A DNA stretch of 64,000 nt from Blastocatellia bacterium. Its GTDB lineage: Bacteria; Acidobacteriota; Blastocatellia; RBC074. Positions 9,092 through 20,491 of the stretch are shown one piece after another. The notes under the pieces are model-generated. The model was not told the DNA's origin and did not search any database. It worked only from the letters and a program-made list of their open reading frames with translations. The translations under genes and the position numbers were made by a program. Positions within the stretch are counted from its first letter, which is position 1, and each line of letters starts with the position of its first letter. The DNA lies in assembly GCA_046331525.1 (NCBI GenBank), contig JAXLQQ010000022.1, forward strand, positions 9,386 through 73,385, in the 5' to 3' direction.

Positions 9092-10581
9092 TGTGGTGGG
9101 GAACCTTTTCGTTTCCTGTATTTGTTGTAGCAGAGAGCGCAGAATTTGCCTGGCGAAGAGAGCATTAACTTGATTCCATTAATGTCGCCATTCATTGAGA
9201 ATTCCAATGGCTCTGAGTGTAGATACTTGCCTTTGATATTGACGACCGCGCTCACCCAAGATTTCAGGTCATTGTATGCGGATATTGAAAATCGCCCGTA
9301 TTCATCCGTTTTTGCAAGTTCACCAAATGTGACTGAGTCACCATCTACAACCATCAGAGAAATCTCAGCATTTACGACAGGCTTGCCATCTGGAAAAACT
9401 GCAACTCCTGAAATTGTTCGTTTTGAAAAGGGTGAGGGTAAGCGAAGGTCAAAATCTTTTCGCTGTTCGCCCTCGGTTAAGTCAATAAGTGTTGCCTGTG
9501 AAATTTCAGAAACGTTTGGGTAGTAAAGGCGGGGCCGACAAGTCACTTCCCAAGACGAGATCCTGCCATGTTGCGCCTGTTGATGGCACAGTTTACTCAG
9601 ATTTACGCCCAACAAATACTGAGCGGGAGGAATGTTTTTAAATTCAAATTTGCCTGATTGCCAATCCGCGCTGACAATGAATTTGCGAGGGTTGGGAGTG
9701 TTTATTTCCGTAGCAACTATAAGCTCAACCTCAACTGCTTTTGGTCTGCCCTCGTGACTAAAAACTGTCCCGCTGATTTGCCCTGTCGTGAGCGCTTCCA
9801 TGTCGTACTGCCGACAAGGCTGTGCCGAAAGATTTAGTTTCTTGCTATTGCCCTCTGCCTCTAATCCTTCTGGCACATCATATCGGATCACATATTCACC
9901 AGGGGGAATGTCAGAAAACAGATAATTCCCTGTCTCATCGGTAGTGGTTGTGAAGCGCTGCGTATCACTTTGGATTTCGACTTTGACATTTCTAATAGGG
10001 CGCTTGGGCATATTGCCTAAATCGTAGTCCAGCGGCCTGATTTTTCGCACAACACGCCCATAAAGCATCGCATTTAGATTTCCTGTTTTGCGATTGTGTA
10101 GATATGTAATTGCACTATCCGCTTCGCTAACTATTACTGCGTGGTCAGCGAAGAGAGCGAGTCCCGGCGTCGATGAATTATGCTTGGCATAGACAAGGTA
10201 CGTTTCGTCTTGCACAAACTCGTCAAAGGGGCAATCCGCATCTACATATTTTAAAAATACCAGTTCCCCAGAAGAAGCACGCCGTTGTATTTGAGTTGTC
10301 GTAAGAGTTATTTCCGTCTGTTTTTCTGCGTTGCCTTTGAATGCTTCTTTGACCGTTAGCAGGATTTCCTTGTTACGCAGGATTTTTTTACTGATGCCTG
10401 AGCCTTCAGCCATAGGTGCTGAATAATTGATCGCCTTCACTGTTCCAATGAATGCTACATCTGCGGTTTCGTACAATTTGCAGGGCGCGAAAGGCTTGTT
10501 TGTACATTGAGCAACCACACTGCCAGCGAGACTAATCAACAAAGTGCCAATGAGCAGAATATGAGGTTGGGTGCTTAGCAT
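9088..10581 (-). CDS. Secreted multi-domain protein with carboxypeptidase-regulatory-like beta-sandwich repeats and a possible TIMP/NTR-like N-terminal module
   Basis: It has a signal peptide. The mature N-terminus CTNKPFAPCKLYETADVAFIGTV is NTR/TIMP-like, which is inference. Repeats such as TDETGNYLFSDIPPGEYVI are typical of CarboxypepD_reg. There is a 4-nt ATGA overlap with ftcD. By eye it is more AT-rich than its flanks. Confidence 0.7.
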   Translation of the reverse strand: MLSTQPHILLIGTLLISLAGSVVAQCTNKPFAPCKLYETADVAFIGTVKAINYSAPMAEGSGISKKILRNKEILLTVKEAFKGNAEKQTEITLTTTQIQRRASSGELVFLKYVDADCPFDEFVQDETYLVYAKHNSSTPGLALFADHAVIVSEADSAITYLHNRKTGNLNAMLYGRVVRKIRPLDYDLGNMPKRPIRNVKVEIQSDTQRFTTTTDETGNYLFSDIPPGEYVIRYDVPEGLEAEGNSKKLNLSAQPCRQYDMEALTTGQISGTVFSHEGRPKAVEVELIVATEINTPNPRKFIVSADWQSGKFEFKNIPPAQYLLGVNLSKLCHQQAQHGRISSWEVTCRPRLYYPNVSEISQATLIDLTEGEQRKDFDLRLPSPFSKRTISGVAVFPDGKPVVNAEISLMVVDGDSVTFGELAKTDEYGRFSISAYNDLKSWVSAVVNIKGKYLHSEPLEFSMNGDINGIKLMLSSPGKFCALCYNKYRKRKGSPPQ

Positions 10582-10602
10582 TTAGCCTCCTCAAACTATC
10601 AA

Positions 10603-11457
10603 TCATCTGGCTTCTGTCCAAACAAATGTGCCGCGCTGCAAATCGCGGATGGCTTGTCGCAATTCGTCTTCCGTGTTCATCACAAACGGGCCGTACCGCG
10701 CAACTGGTTCATTTAATGGTTGGCCGGAAACCAGAATGAAGCGGGCAGTTTCCGCGCCCGCTTTAATGTGCACAAAATCGCCATTGTGAAACACGACGAG
10801 CATCGGCGCGGCGATCACTTCGCCACTGTCGTCAAAAGTGGCGGCACCAGCGAACAAATACGCGAATGCGGTATGCCCTGCTGGAATCGTGTGCGTAAAT
10901 TCGTGGTTGGTATTAAGCGTTACGTCCAGATAATTTGGCTCGGCATAAATTTCGGTGACTGCACCTTTGACGCCTTCAACTTCACCCGCAATCACCAGCA
11001 CTTTCGCGCCGTATTTTTCGACAACGGGAATATTTTTTGCGGCGACTTCCTGATAGCGGGGCTTGGTCATTTTCAGCTTGGCGGGCAGGTTGACCCAAAG
11101 CTGAAAACCAGCCATACCATCGGCGCTCGCGTGTGGCATTTCCTCGTGCATGATACCGCCGCCAGCGGTCATCCATTGAATGTCGCCCGTGTTGATCGTG
11201 CCTTCGTTACCCATCGAATCGCGGTGCGTGACACTGCCTTTTAGCATATAAGTCACGGTTTCAATGCCGCGATGCGGGTGCATCGGGAAGCCTGCGATGT
11301 AATCGTCCGCATCGTCCGAACCGAAGTGATCCAGCAACAAAAACGGGTCTAAATAATCCAGCACGCGCGTGGCAATCACCCGTTGGATTTTCACGCCTGC
11401 GCCATCGGATGTCGCTTGTGGCAGATAAAGCCGATCTACTTTTCTGAGTTCGCTCAT
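10603..11457 (-). CDS. Pirin-family protein
   Basis: It has the pirin bicupin motifs HPHRGIETVTYML and WMTAGGGIMHEE. Confidence 0.9.
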   Translation of the reverse strand: MSELRKVDRLYLPQATSDGAGVKIQRVIATRVLDYLDPFLLLDHFGSDDADDYIAGFPMHPHRGIETVTYMLKGSVTHRDSMGNEGTINTGDIQWMTAGGGIMHEEMPHASADGMAGFQLWVNLPAKLKMTKPRYQEVAAKNIPVVEKYGAKVLVIAGEVEGVKGAVTEIYAEPNYLDVTLNTNHEFTHTIPAGHTAFAYLFAGAATFDDSGEVIAAPMLVVFHNGDFVHIKAGAETARFILVSGQPLNEPVARYGPFVMNTEDELRQAIRDLQRGTFVWTEAR

Positions 11458-11460
11458 AGC

Positions 11461-11751
11461 TTACCTCGTAGCAAATTCCTGATACTCAGGATGTCGGCGC
11501 ACGTATGCAGCAATGAAAGGGCACATCGGAATAAACTGTTTCCCTTCCGCTTTGATTTGTTCCAGTGCGCCTTTTACCAACTGGCTGCCATAGCCGTGCC
11601 CTTCAAACTCCGGCGGCACCTCGGCGTGGTATAGGTTGTAAATATCCTCGCCACGTTTCTGATAGTTAATTACCGCCTGCTTGCCCTGAAGCTCCATTTC
11701 AAAGCGGCTCGCCGCCGCATTGTGTACAACTTGCAAATTTTCCTTGTCCAT
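11461..11751 (-). CDS. Small GNAT-fold N-acetyltransferase (YjdJ-like)
   Basis: It is 96 aa. SRFEMEL...YHAEVPPEFEGHGYGSQLV...CPFI matches the short GNAT family. Confidence 0.8.
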   Translation of the reverse strand: MDKENLQVVHNAAASRFEMELQGKQAVINYQKRGEDIYNLYHAEVPPEFEGHGYGSQLVKGALEQIKAEGKQFIPMCPFIAAYVRRHPEYQEFATR

Positions 11752-11757
11752 ACTTCT

Positions 11758-12186
11758 TTACCCCTCCTCTGCCAAAGCGATTTTCAAAGCTTCTTCGTGG
11801 CTCGCGTTGGCCTCTGCGCTTCGCTTCAAAACGCGCTGCAACCGCTCGACGAACGTCTGATCTTCACTTTTGAAGCTCAGCAAAATTACCGCTTCATCCA
11901 GCAATCCTTGCGCGGTGGTTTCCGTCGCCGGACGGCGCACAGAAGCGGCTTCGTCAATCAAGGCTACCAGCGAGGAAATTTTGCCGAGCCAATTAAACTG
12001 TGGATGATTGATGACCAGATGAAACATTTCGTGCGGTGAGGCTACGGGGCCATTCACCATTTCATAAATGACACGTTCGTCATCCATCAGCGATTTGTGC
12101 AGCCGTAGCAAAGCGCGGCTGACCTGATCCAGTTTGGCGCGCGTGGCGTCTTGTAATTTGTCGGTGTCGTTACTCATTTCATTCAT
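11758..12186 (-). CDS. Hypothetical protein
   Basis: The ORF is clean. I chose the start MNEMSNDTDK at 12186, which overlaps the pfk stop by 8 nt. I recognise no family. Confidence 0.6.
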   Translation of the reverse strand: MNEMSNDTDKLQDATRAKLDQVSRALLRLHKSLMDDERVIYEMVNGPVASPHEMFHLVINHPQFNWLGKISSLVALIDEAASVRRPATETTAQGLLDEAVILLSFKSEDQTFVERLQRVLKRSAEANASHEEALKIALAEEG

Positions 12187-13295
12187 CTCCAAAAGAAAGT
12201 CCCAGGTCACGCGCGGAAAGCATAATGTCGGAATCCAGCGGCACGAATTTCGTTTCTTTAATCGCCTGTTCCAGGGGCACGCAAACGATTCTGGACGATT
12301 GCAGCGCCAGCATCACATTCGCTTCGCCCTGGGCAATCGCGCGCACGGCAGCTCCACCAAAGCGTGTTGCCAACAAACGATCCCACGTTGTCGGTTGGCC
12401 ACCGCGCTGCAAATGCCCCAGTTACTCAGTGACCGCGTTTCGCGCTTCGTCAGACGGTGCAATTCCTTTGCCACAAATTCTCCGACGCCGCCTAATCGCT
12501 CGTGGCCAGTTTCGCGCAAGGTCTTAAAATGCTCGCCGCCCGCAGGTCGCGCGCCTTCGCCGCCACGACGATGGCGAAGCGGCGTTGTTGTGCCGTTAAC
12601 GATCCTGAATCTTGCGCGCAATCGTTTTCAAATCGAACGGCACTTCGGGAATCAAAATCACATCTGCGCCACCCGCAATCCCGGCATACAGCGCAATCCA
12701 GCCGGAGTAATGCCCCATCAATTCGACGACGAAAACGCGCTCGTGCGATTGTGCCGTCGCGTGCAATTTATCAATTGCTTCGGTCGCGGTCGTCACTGCG
12801 GTATTGAAGCCGAAAGAAACTCGTCGCCGCCAAATCATTATCAATCGTTTTCGGCACGCCGATGATCGAATTCCCAGAGCAGTAAGTTGACTAGTAATCC
12901 GGTAGCGTTCAATGCCGCCAATCGTCACGAGCGTCAAGTCCTGAAGTCAAAAACCGATCCACAATTTGCGTGGGCAAACGGCAGTGACGCTATTCCTGTT
13001 TTTTTCGTCGTGAATTGAAAGGGATTACTGCGATTCGTCGTGCCCAGAATCGTTCCCCCCAAATGCGCAATGCCACGCACATCGGCAGCATCCAGCTTAC
13101 GCACGCGATCCTTGTGCAAAAGCCCTTCAAAACCGCGCTCAATCCCGTACACTTCCCAGCCGTGATTGAGCGAGCCTTTCACGACTGCGCGAATCAGCAG
13201 CGTTCAGCCCAGGGCAATCGCCCCCGCCCGTGACAAGGGCAATGTGTTTTTGTTCCGACCGATCCTTAGGCAAAAGCAACCTTTTTCTCAGCCAT
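12179..13295 (-). pseudogene. pfk: 6-phosphofructokinase with the frame interrupted at least 4 times (possibly sequence error)
   Basis: PFK segments appear in three frames: [36 protein letters not shown]-like followed by [35 protein letters not shown], and a C-terminal piece at 12179-12412. Confidence 0.8.
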
Positions 13296-13389
13296 TGTTT
13301 GCATCGCTAAGTAAGCGAGAGATGTGTGCAAGAAAGTTCCGAGAACGTGCTTGCTCCAACGGTAATTTTCCGTTAGGATGCTCCTTCCG

Positions 13390-13407
13390 AATGAATGCTC
13401 ATTCATT
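13390..13407. promoter_or_regulatory. Perfect 8+8 palindrome AATGAATG-CT-CATTCATT, a candidate FadR(TetR)-type operator
   Basis: The palindrome overlaps the ATG of the TetR gene, in the divergent pfk/tetR region at the head of the fad cluster. From memory it resembles the TGAATGA..TCATTCA box bound by Bacillus FadR(YsiA). Confidence 0.5.
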
Positions 13408-14118
13408 TTCACGGAGTTCACGAATCGAAAAGCAACTGGCCGGCGAAAGCGCCCAAAAAAGTCTGATGCTCGCGCTGCGCGTCGGCAAGGCTGCCAATCG
13501 GACGGTCAGCAAAATTGCTGCTGCACCTGAGGATAAAGCGACGGACAAATTTTCCGCGATTCTGCGCGGGGTGATCCGGTTTTGCGCGAGCTGGGTATTT
13601 CAATGCCAAAGCTGCCGAGGTCGCGGGCCGCTGGCGTCGCTGATGGCACGGTGTACTTGTATTTTAAGAACAAAGACGATTTGCCTGCTCGATCTTCAAC
13701 ACGACGATGGCGGATTTTAATGCCCGCGCGCAGCGGGAATTGGCCGCTATTGAAGATCCACACGAGCAGCTTCGGCATTTCGCGCAACTGCATTTTGAAT
13801 CGCTCAGCGGATCGTGATCTGGCTGTTTGTCTTCCGTTGAGTTCCGGCACTCAACCAAATTTATGGAGCAGTTTTCGGAAACGATGCTCGCTGATTATTT
13901 GAAAATGCTCCGCGAGATTTTAGAGCGCGTCAGTCACCAACAAGGCGTCTTTCACGCCAGGCTGAATACGAAAGTGCTGGCCAAAGTCATTTTCGGTGCG
14001 CTCGATGAGATGGTGACGAATTGGGTGCTGAGTCATCACAATTTCTGGGTTAACGCCGCTGGTTGATCCCGTGTTGGATGTGTTTCTGCACGGCATCAAT
14101 GCAGATGGCACAGTGTAG
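13391..14118 (+). pseudogene. TetR-family regulator (fatty-acid-degradation FadR type) with the frame interrupted
   Basis: The HTH segment AGVADGTVYLYFKNKDDL and the C-terminal ligand-domain segments (FMEQFSETMLADYLKMLREIL..., KVIFGALDEMVTNWVL) lie in different frames. Confidence 0.7.
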
Positions 14119-14135
14119 GCTGTCAGCTTGCCACA

Positions 14136-14159
14136 GAATCTTTGCTGGATTCTTTGCTG
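14136..14159. repeat. Tandem 12-mer (GAATCTTTGCTG / GATTCTTTGCTG) between tetR and fadD
   Basis: Two adjacent copies differ at one position. GAATC and GATTC also form a small inverted repeat. Confidence 0.4.
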
Positions 14160-14204
14160 AACGATGAACAACGAACGCAAGCTGGCAGCCTACTTTCCGT
14201 TGCT

Positions 14205-16069
14205 ATGGCACAAGTCAAAACCACCCTTGCGACACAAGCAACGCCAACAACACAGCCCGCCACGATTGTGGCGCTGTTGGATGATGTGGTGGCGCGGCAC
14301 AGCCCAACATTCTCAACTACAAAAGACGGGACGTGGCAAGCAATTTCCAGCCAGGATTTTCTGGCGGCTCGTAAAGGCGCGATGACGCTCGGACTGTATT
14401 CGATTGGCGTGCGTCCTGATCAACACGTCGGATTACTCGAAAATCGCCCGGAATGGACGATTGCCGATTTGGGCATTCTGCATTGCGCCTGCGCTGATGT
14501 ACCGATTTACGCGACACAAGCGCCGAAGCAGGTTTCCTACATTCTCAACGATGCACAGGTCAGCGTGCTGTTTATTTCAACCGCACAGCAATTCGCGCGC
14601 GTCAGAGAATGCCTGAATGATGTGCCCGGCCTGACTAGAATCATCACCTTTGATCATTTCGAGACGGATGATCCGCGTGTGATGTACTGGGCGGATTTGC
14701 AGGCCTACGGCAGACAGCTTTATCGCCTGCAACCTGACCTTTACGACCGCCTGCGCGAGCAGGTCACGCCGGAACAGTTGGCGACGTTGATTTACACTTC
14801 TGGTACGACGGGCGAGCTAAAAGGCGTGATACTCACGCATCGTAACATTATGTCGAACGTGCAAAGCGTCGCCGCAACAATGAACATCAATCCCGGCGAT
14901 ACGGCGCTTAGCTTCCTGCCGTTTTCACACATCTTCGAGCGCGTGACGATTTACCTTGATTTGTTCATGCGCGTGAAAATTTATCTGGCCAGCAGCATTG
15001 ATACCGTCGCGCAAAACCTAACCGAAGTGCGTCCACATTTTATGACCAGCGTGCCGCGCCTGTACGAAAAGATTTACGGCGCACGCTCGAAAAGGCCGAA
15101 GCGGCGGGAGCGGCGCAGGCACGCATTGCGAACTGGGCGATTGAAGTGGCGAAAGAAATGGGCGGTGCTGGAAAACAGCGGTCAGCCGATTCCGTTTCGT
15201 TGCAAGCCAACGGCGCGTTTGCGATGAAGTTGGTTTTCTCAAAAATGGCACGCCGCGTTTGGCGGACGGCATCGTACCCTCGCCTCTGGCGGCGCATCGC
15301 TCGCGCTCGAACTCGCACAGGTCTTTACGGCGCAGGGATGCCGATTTGCAGGGCTACGGCTTAACCGAAAGCTCGCCCGTTATCACCGCCAACACTGCAC
15401 AAGTGCATCGCCTCGGTTCGTGCGGCAAAGCGATTCCCGGTGTCAAAGTAAAAGATTGCCGAAGACGGCGAAATTCTGCCAGTGGCCCGAACATTGGCGT
15501 GCTGGGCTATTACAACAAACTGGAGGCGACGCTGGAAACCCTCTCTCCCGATGACGAAGGCAACACCTGGTTGCACACGGGCGACATCGGGCATTTGGAC
15601 GCCGACGGATTTTTGTACATCACCGACCGCAAGAAAGATTTGATCAAAACCAGTGTAAATACATTGCTCCTCAACCGATTGAAAACGCCCTGAAGCAAAG
15701 CCGCTTCATCAATCAAGCCGTTGTCATTGGCGAGCATCGCAAGTTTCCCTCGGCGTTGATCGTGCCGCATTTCGACGCGCTCAAGAGCTACGCGCAACTC
15801 AAAAGCATCACGTATCAAGACCTTCACGATTTGCTGCGGCATCCGAAAATCATTGATCTCATCGAACGCCAAATAGACAAGCTGACGCCCGACCTGGGGC
15901 ATTTTGAAAAGCTCAAAGGTGTTGTCTTGTTGATCGTGAATTGACCGTCGAAGGCGGCGAGTTGACGCCAACGCTAAAAATCAAACGGCGCGTTGTGATG
16001 GAAAAATATTAAAAAGAACACATTGATCGGATGTATGCCGAGAAAGAACAATTGCACGAGAAAAAATAG
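14205..16069 (+). pseudogene. fadD: Long-chain fatty-acid-CoA ligase with the frame interrupted several times plus one in-frame TAA
   Basis: It has the AMP-binding motif YTSGTTGELKGVILTHRN, then GYGLTESSPV, WLHTGDIGHLDADGFLYITDRKKDLIKTS and ELTPTLKIKRR in other frames. EKY-TAA-KEHIDRMYAE carries an in-frame stop near 16008. Confidence 0.8.
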
Positions 16070-16748
16070 TGACGAAGTTACGAGTTACCCGCATCTATAA
16101 ACATACACCGACGGTTTGGAGCCATGCTGCCGCATACAGCGGAGAAAATGCCGTTTCTGCCCGGACAAGTCGCCGTGCTGGAAATGCCTGGAACGCCAGT
16201 CAGCCTACGTCGCGTTCGCCTCTGCGCCGGAAGATGAGGAATACGAATTCCCGGTCAAATACAGCGACTACGAAGCCAGCATCTCCTACGCGCTGTTTCA
16301 AGCCGGAACCGCAGCGGAAATCACCCTAAACCAAATTGTGGGGAAAGGCTTTGCCGTCGAGAACTATCAAACGCACGACCTGGTGTTCGTGGCAATGGGA
16401 ACCGGCTTAGCACCGCTGCGCGCGACGCTACGGGCATATTTTTCAGCGGCGCAATGAATACGACGCTTGATCGTACTGCACGGCGAACGCACGAAAGAGG
16501 CGTTTTACTTTGAAGACGAAATTGAGATGGAATGGCGCGCGCATGATGTCACGCTACGTCAGGTCATCAGCCCAGATGAAGAATGGAGCGGCCACACGGG
16601 CTACGTCCAAAGTTTGTTGTATCACATCGTCCCCGGAATTGCATGACCCGTCGCACTCATCTGCGGCTCGAACGAAATGATGCGGCAAACCAAAGCACGA
16701 CTGAAAGAGCTAGGCTTTGCCGACGAAAAAATCCTGACGAATTATTAG
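16069..16748 (+). pseudogene. FNR-like oxidoreductase (FAD/NAD(P)-binding domain) with the frame interrupted
   Basis: The segment LVFVAMGTGLAPLRA is an NAD-binding GTGxAP motif. The C-terminal ALICGSNEMMRQTKARLKELGF lies in another frame. The GTG start overlaps the fadD stop. Confidence 0.6.
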
Positions 16749-16793
16749 CTTTGCTGGATCGTTTTTAGTTCATCAACTGAAGAGAGGTTATCA

Positions 16794-19187
16794 ATGCAAA
16801 TCAAAAAAAGTGGCTGTTTTAGGCGCGGGCGTAATGGGCGCTAGATCGCCGCGCACGTCGCTAATGCTGGAATTCCGTGTTTACTGCTCGACATCGCGCC
16901 GCGCGAATTAACGCCCGGAAGAACAGGCCAAAGGATTAACGCTGGAATCGCGCGCGGTACGCAACGCATATGGCTGCTGCTGGACTGGAAGGCGCGAGGA
17001 AAAGCCAAGCCTGCCGCGTTTATGTCGCCTGAATTGGCGGAGCTAGTATCCATCGGCACCCCGATGGATGATTTGCCGAACTCAAGGATTGCGACTGGAT
17101 CGTTGAAGCCATCGTCGAAAACCTCGACATCAAACGCAGCCTCTATGAGCGCGTCGAACCGGCATTTGCACCCTGATGCAATCATCACTTCTAACACCTC
17201 TGGCATCCTGATCAAATCGTTAGCTGAAGGTCGTTCCGGAAAATTCCGCCAGCGTTTTCTCGGCACCCACTTTTTCAATCCGCCGCGTTATTTGCACTTG
17301 ATGGAAATCATCACGACGCCTGACACATCGCCCGAAGTCGCGTGTTTTATGGCCGGTTTCTCGATCGCGTGTTGGCAAAGGCGTCGTGTACGTGAAGGAC
17401 ACGCCGGGTTTTGGTGGCAAATCGGCTGGCGAATTTTCTGATGTTGAATGGCTTAAGCTATATGCTCGAAAAAGGCTACACGCCGGAAGAGATTGATTCG
17501 TTGACCGGCACGTTGATTGGACACGCGAAGAGCGCGAGTTTTCGCACGTTGGACGTTGGGGCTTGACACGGCATACAACGTTGCGCGCACTTAAGCACGG
17601 CTGACCAACGACGAGAAGCGCGAATCGTTCAAGGTTCCTCGCCATCCTCGACCAAGTCGGTCGAGCGCAAAATGCTCGGCGACAAAACCAAAGGCGGCTT
17701 TTACAAAAAGAAAGGTCGGCAAGGATATTTTGACGCTGGATTTTGCGACACTCGAATATCGCCCGCAGCAAAAAGCAAACTTCCCCTCCGTCGGTGCAGC
17801 AAAACAAATCGAAGACCTCGGCGCACGCTTGAAAACATTGACTTACGCGAAAGACCGTGCCGGTGAATACATTTGGCATACGTTCGCCGATGCAGCCATT
17901 TATGCGGCGAATCGCATCCCGGAAATCGCTGACAACATCGTTGAAATTGACAACGCGATGAGATGGGGCTTTGCGCACGAAATGGGCATCTTTGAAAAAT
18001 GGGATGCGATTGGCGTTGAGAAATCCGTCGCCAAAATGCGCGAAGAAGGTCGTGCGATTCCCACCAATGTCGAAGCGATGCTCGCCGCTGGCAACACCAG
18101 TTTTTACAAAGTCGAAAACGGCGTGAAGCAGTTTTATGACTTCGCTAGTTCGTCGTATCAATCCGTGCGCGTTCCGGCTGGCGTGACGATTCTGAAATCG
18201 CTGAAAGACCAGAGTAAAGTTATCAAGAAAAACTCTGGCGCGAGCTTGATTGACCTCGGCGATGGCGTCGCGTGCGTTGAATTCCACGCGAAGATGAACG
18301 CGCTCGGCGGCGATCAAATCGCAATGGTCGCAGCGGCACTGAAAGAAGTCGAAAAGAATTTCGTCGGCCTCGTTGTCGGCAATCAAGGCCCGAATTTTTC
18401 GGCAGGTGCCAACATCATGCTCATCCTGATGGGCGCGCAGGAAGGCGATTGGGACGAACTCGCCTTTGCTGTGAAGCAGTTCCAAACGATGACGACAAGC
18501 CTGCGTTATTCGTCCAAGCCGGTTGTCGTAGCACCATTCGGTTTATCGCTCGGTGGCGGCTGCGAATTGACGCTGCATTCCGACCGCGCGGTTGCGGCAG
18601 CCGAAACTTACATCGGAATGGTCGAAGTTGGTGTTGGTTTATTGCCCGGCGGTGGCGGCACAAAAGAGATGGCACTGCGCGCCTCCGATGCCGTAGCCGA
18701 TACGCCGAACCTTGATCAATTTGAAGTCCTGCGCAAAAACTTTGAATTGATCGCGATGGGCAAAGTTGCCACCAGCGCAATCGAAGCCCGTCATTGGGGC
18801 ATCTTGCGCAACACTGACCGCATTGTGATGAATAATGACCGCTTGATCGAAGAAGCCAAACAAACTGTGCTAACAATGACGCGTGAAGGCTATGTCGCCC
18901 CGCAACCACGTCAGGACATTTTGGTTTTAGGCGAATCGGCACTCACGAAATTCAAACTCGGCATGCACATGATGAAACGCGGCGGCTACATTTCCGATCA
19001 CGATGCGTTGATAGGAATCAAGATTGCTGAGGTTTTATCCGGCGGCAATCTGACGCATCCGACGCGCGTGACGGAGCAGTATTTGCTTGATCTGGAGCGT
19101 GAGGCGTTTGTCAGTTTGTGCGGAACCAAGGCCACGCAAGAGCGTTTGGCCGCGATGCTCAAAACGGGCAAGCCGCTCAGAAATTAA
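16794..19187 (+). pseudogene. fadN: 3-hydroxyacyl-CoA dehydrogenase / enoyl-CoA hydratase (FadN/FadB type). The first ~900 nt have many frame breaks and the last 485 codons are intact.
   Basis: MQIKK(V)AVLGAGVMGA is broken at an A7 run (16803-16809). FLGTHFFNPPRYLHLMEII is the 3HCDH signature. The intact ORF 17730..19187 carries the crotonase-like half. Confidence 0.8.
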
Positions 19188-19191
19188 TGGC

Positions 19192-19233
19192 CCGCCTGTC
19201 ACCGCTGGGCAATGAGAAGAAGACCTGACAGGC
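19192..19233 (+). other. Intercistronic stem-loop between fadN and fadA
   Basis: CGCCTGTCA and TGACAGGCG form a 9-bp stem with a 24-nt loop, just after the fadN stop. There is no T-run. Confidence 0.4.
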
Positions 19234-19270
19234 GAGCCGCCTGTTGTACAGCCTTAAAGGAGACAAATTC

Positions 19271-20488
19271 ATGCGTGAAGTAGTTATCGTAAACGCACTC
19301 AGAACCGCGATTGGCAAAGCGCCGCGCGGCACGCTCAAAGACACGCGGCCTGACGATTTGGCGGGCGCAGTCGTCAAGGAATTATTGGCGCGTACGCCCG
19401 AACTCGAAGCCAAAGAAGTGGACGATGTTGTCATCGGCTGCGCTACGCCAGAAGCGCAACAAGGCGCGAATATGGCGCGGCAAATCGCGCTGCTTGGCGG
19501 TTTGCCCGTAACGACTTCGGCGCTGACCATCAATCGCTTTTGCTCGTCCGGTTTGCAAGCTATCGCACAAGCTGCCGAACATATTATGGTCGGCTCGTCG
19601 GAAATTGCGATTGGCGGCGGCGCGGAGTCTATGTCTATGTTGCCAATGGGCGGCTACAACTTGTCGCCGAATCCAACGCTGACTGACGTTTATCCTGATG
19701 TCTATCTAAATATGGGATTGACGGCTGAGAATGTCGCGCAGAAGTATGAAATCTCGCGCGAAGAGGCAGAAGCATTTGCCGTGCGTTCACACAGCCGGGC
19801 AGGCGCAGCGATTGACGCAGGCAAATTTAAAGATGAAATCGTCCCGATCACCGTCGTCACCCGCGAAGTCAATGTCGCCTCAGCCGCCGCAGGCAAGCCA
19901 CTCAATGCTAAGAATCGCATCGCCACGAAAGAGTTGGTTTTCGACACGGACGAAGGCGTGCGCCGCGACACTTCGGCGGAAGGCTTGGCGAAACTGAAAC
20001 CTGTTTTCCACGCACGCGGCACAGTGACTGCCGGAACCTCTTCGCAAATGTCTGATGGCGCAGCCGCAGCATTATTGATGACGCGCGAACGTGCAGAAGC
20101 ATTAGGACTTAAGCCAATGGCACGATTTGTGTGCTACGCCGTTGCCGGCGTGCCGCCCGAAATTATGGGCATCGGCCCGGTCGAAGCGATTCCGAAAGCC
20201 TTGAAAATCGCGGGTCTCAAACTCGACGACATCGGCGTCATTGAACTCAACGAAGCGTTCGCCGCGCAGGCGCTCGCCGTGATCAAGCATCTGAACATTG
20301 ATCCCAAACGAGTCAACGTCAACGGCGGCGCGCTCGCGCTCGGTCATCCGCTTGGCTGCACGGGCGCGAAACTCACGGCCACGATTTTGCAGGAAATGAA
20401 GCGCACCGGGGCCAAATACGGCATGGTCACGATGTGTGTCGGTGGCGGCATGGGCGCTGCTGGAATTTTTGAAAATTTAATGAATTGA
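19271..20488 (+). CDS. fadA: Acetyl-CoA C-acyltransferase (thiolase)
   Basis: The start [17 protein letters not shown] is preceded by AAAGGAG. It has the active-site regions [10 protein letters not shown] and [17 protein letters not shown]. Confidence 0.9.
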   Translation: MREVVIVNALRTAIGKAPRGTLKDTRPDDLAGAVVKELLARTPELEAKEVDDVVIGCATPEAQQGANMARQIALLGGLPVTTSALTINRFCSSGLQAIAQAAEHIMVGSSEIAIGGGAESMSMLPMGGYNLSPNPTLTDVYPDVYLNMGLTAENVAQKYEISREEAEAFAVRSHSRAGAAIDAGKFKDEIVPITVVTREVNVASAAAGKPLNAKNRIATKELVFDTDEGVRRDTSAEGLAKLKPVFHARGTVTAGTSSQMSDGAAAALLMTRERAEALGLKPMARFVCYAVAGVPPEIMGIGPVEAIPKALKIAGLKLDDIGVIELNEAFAAQALAVIKHLNIDPKRVNVNGGALALGHPLGCTGAKLTATILQEMKRTGAKYGMVTMCVGGGMGAAGIFENLMN

Positions 20489-20491
20489 ATT

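Noticed and set aside
17220-18485. A 421-aa minus-strand ORF. Similar long antisense ORFs occur at 31597..32715, 55465..56409, 20936..21874, 62604..63254, 23966..24679, 37876..38658, 8279..8917 and 49661..50176.
   Set aside because: Each lies exactly antisense to a gene with strong family signatures (fadN, pilT, glyQS, fadE, menC, the kinase, cusA, ftcD, acnA). Each has the Arg/His/Phe-rich, motif-free composition typical of shadow ORFs in GC-rich coding DNA.
12179-19187. Interpreting the many frame changes as programmed ribosomal frameshifting or as deliberate inactivation of glycolysis and beta-oxidation
   Set aside because: There are no slippery heptamer plus pseudoknot contexts, and a single gene has multiple breaks. 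Identical damage occurs in essential genes elsewhere (nrdJ, acnA, kgd), and some breaks sit at homopolymers. Sequencing error is the simpler explanation.
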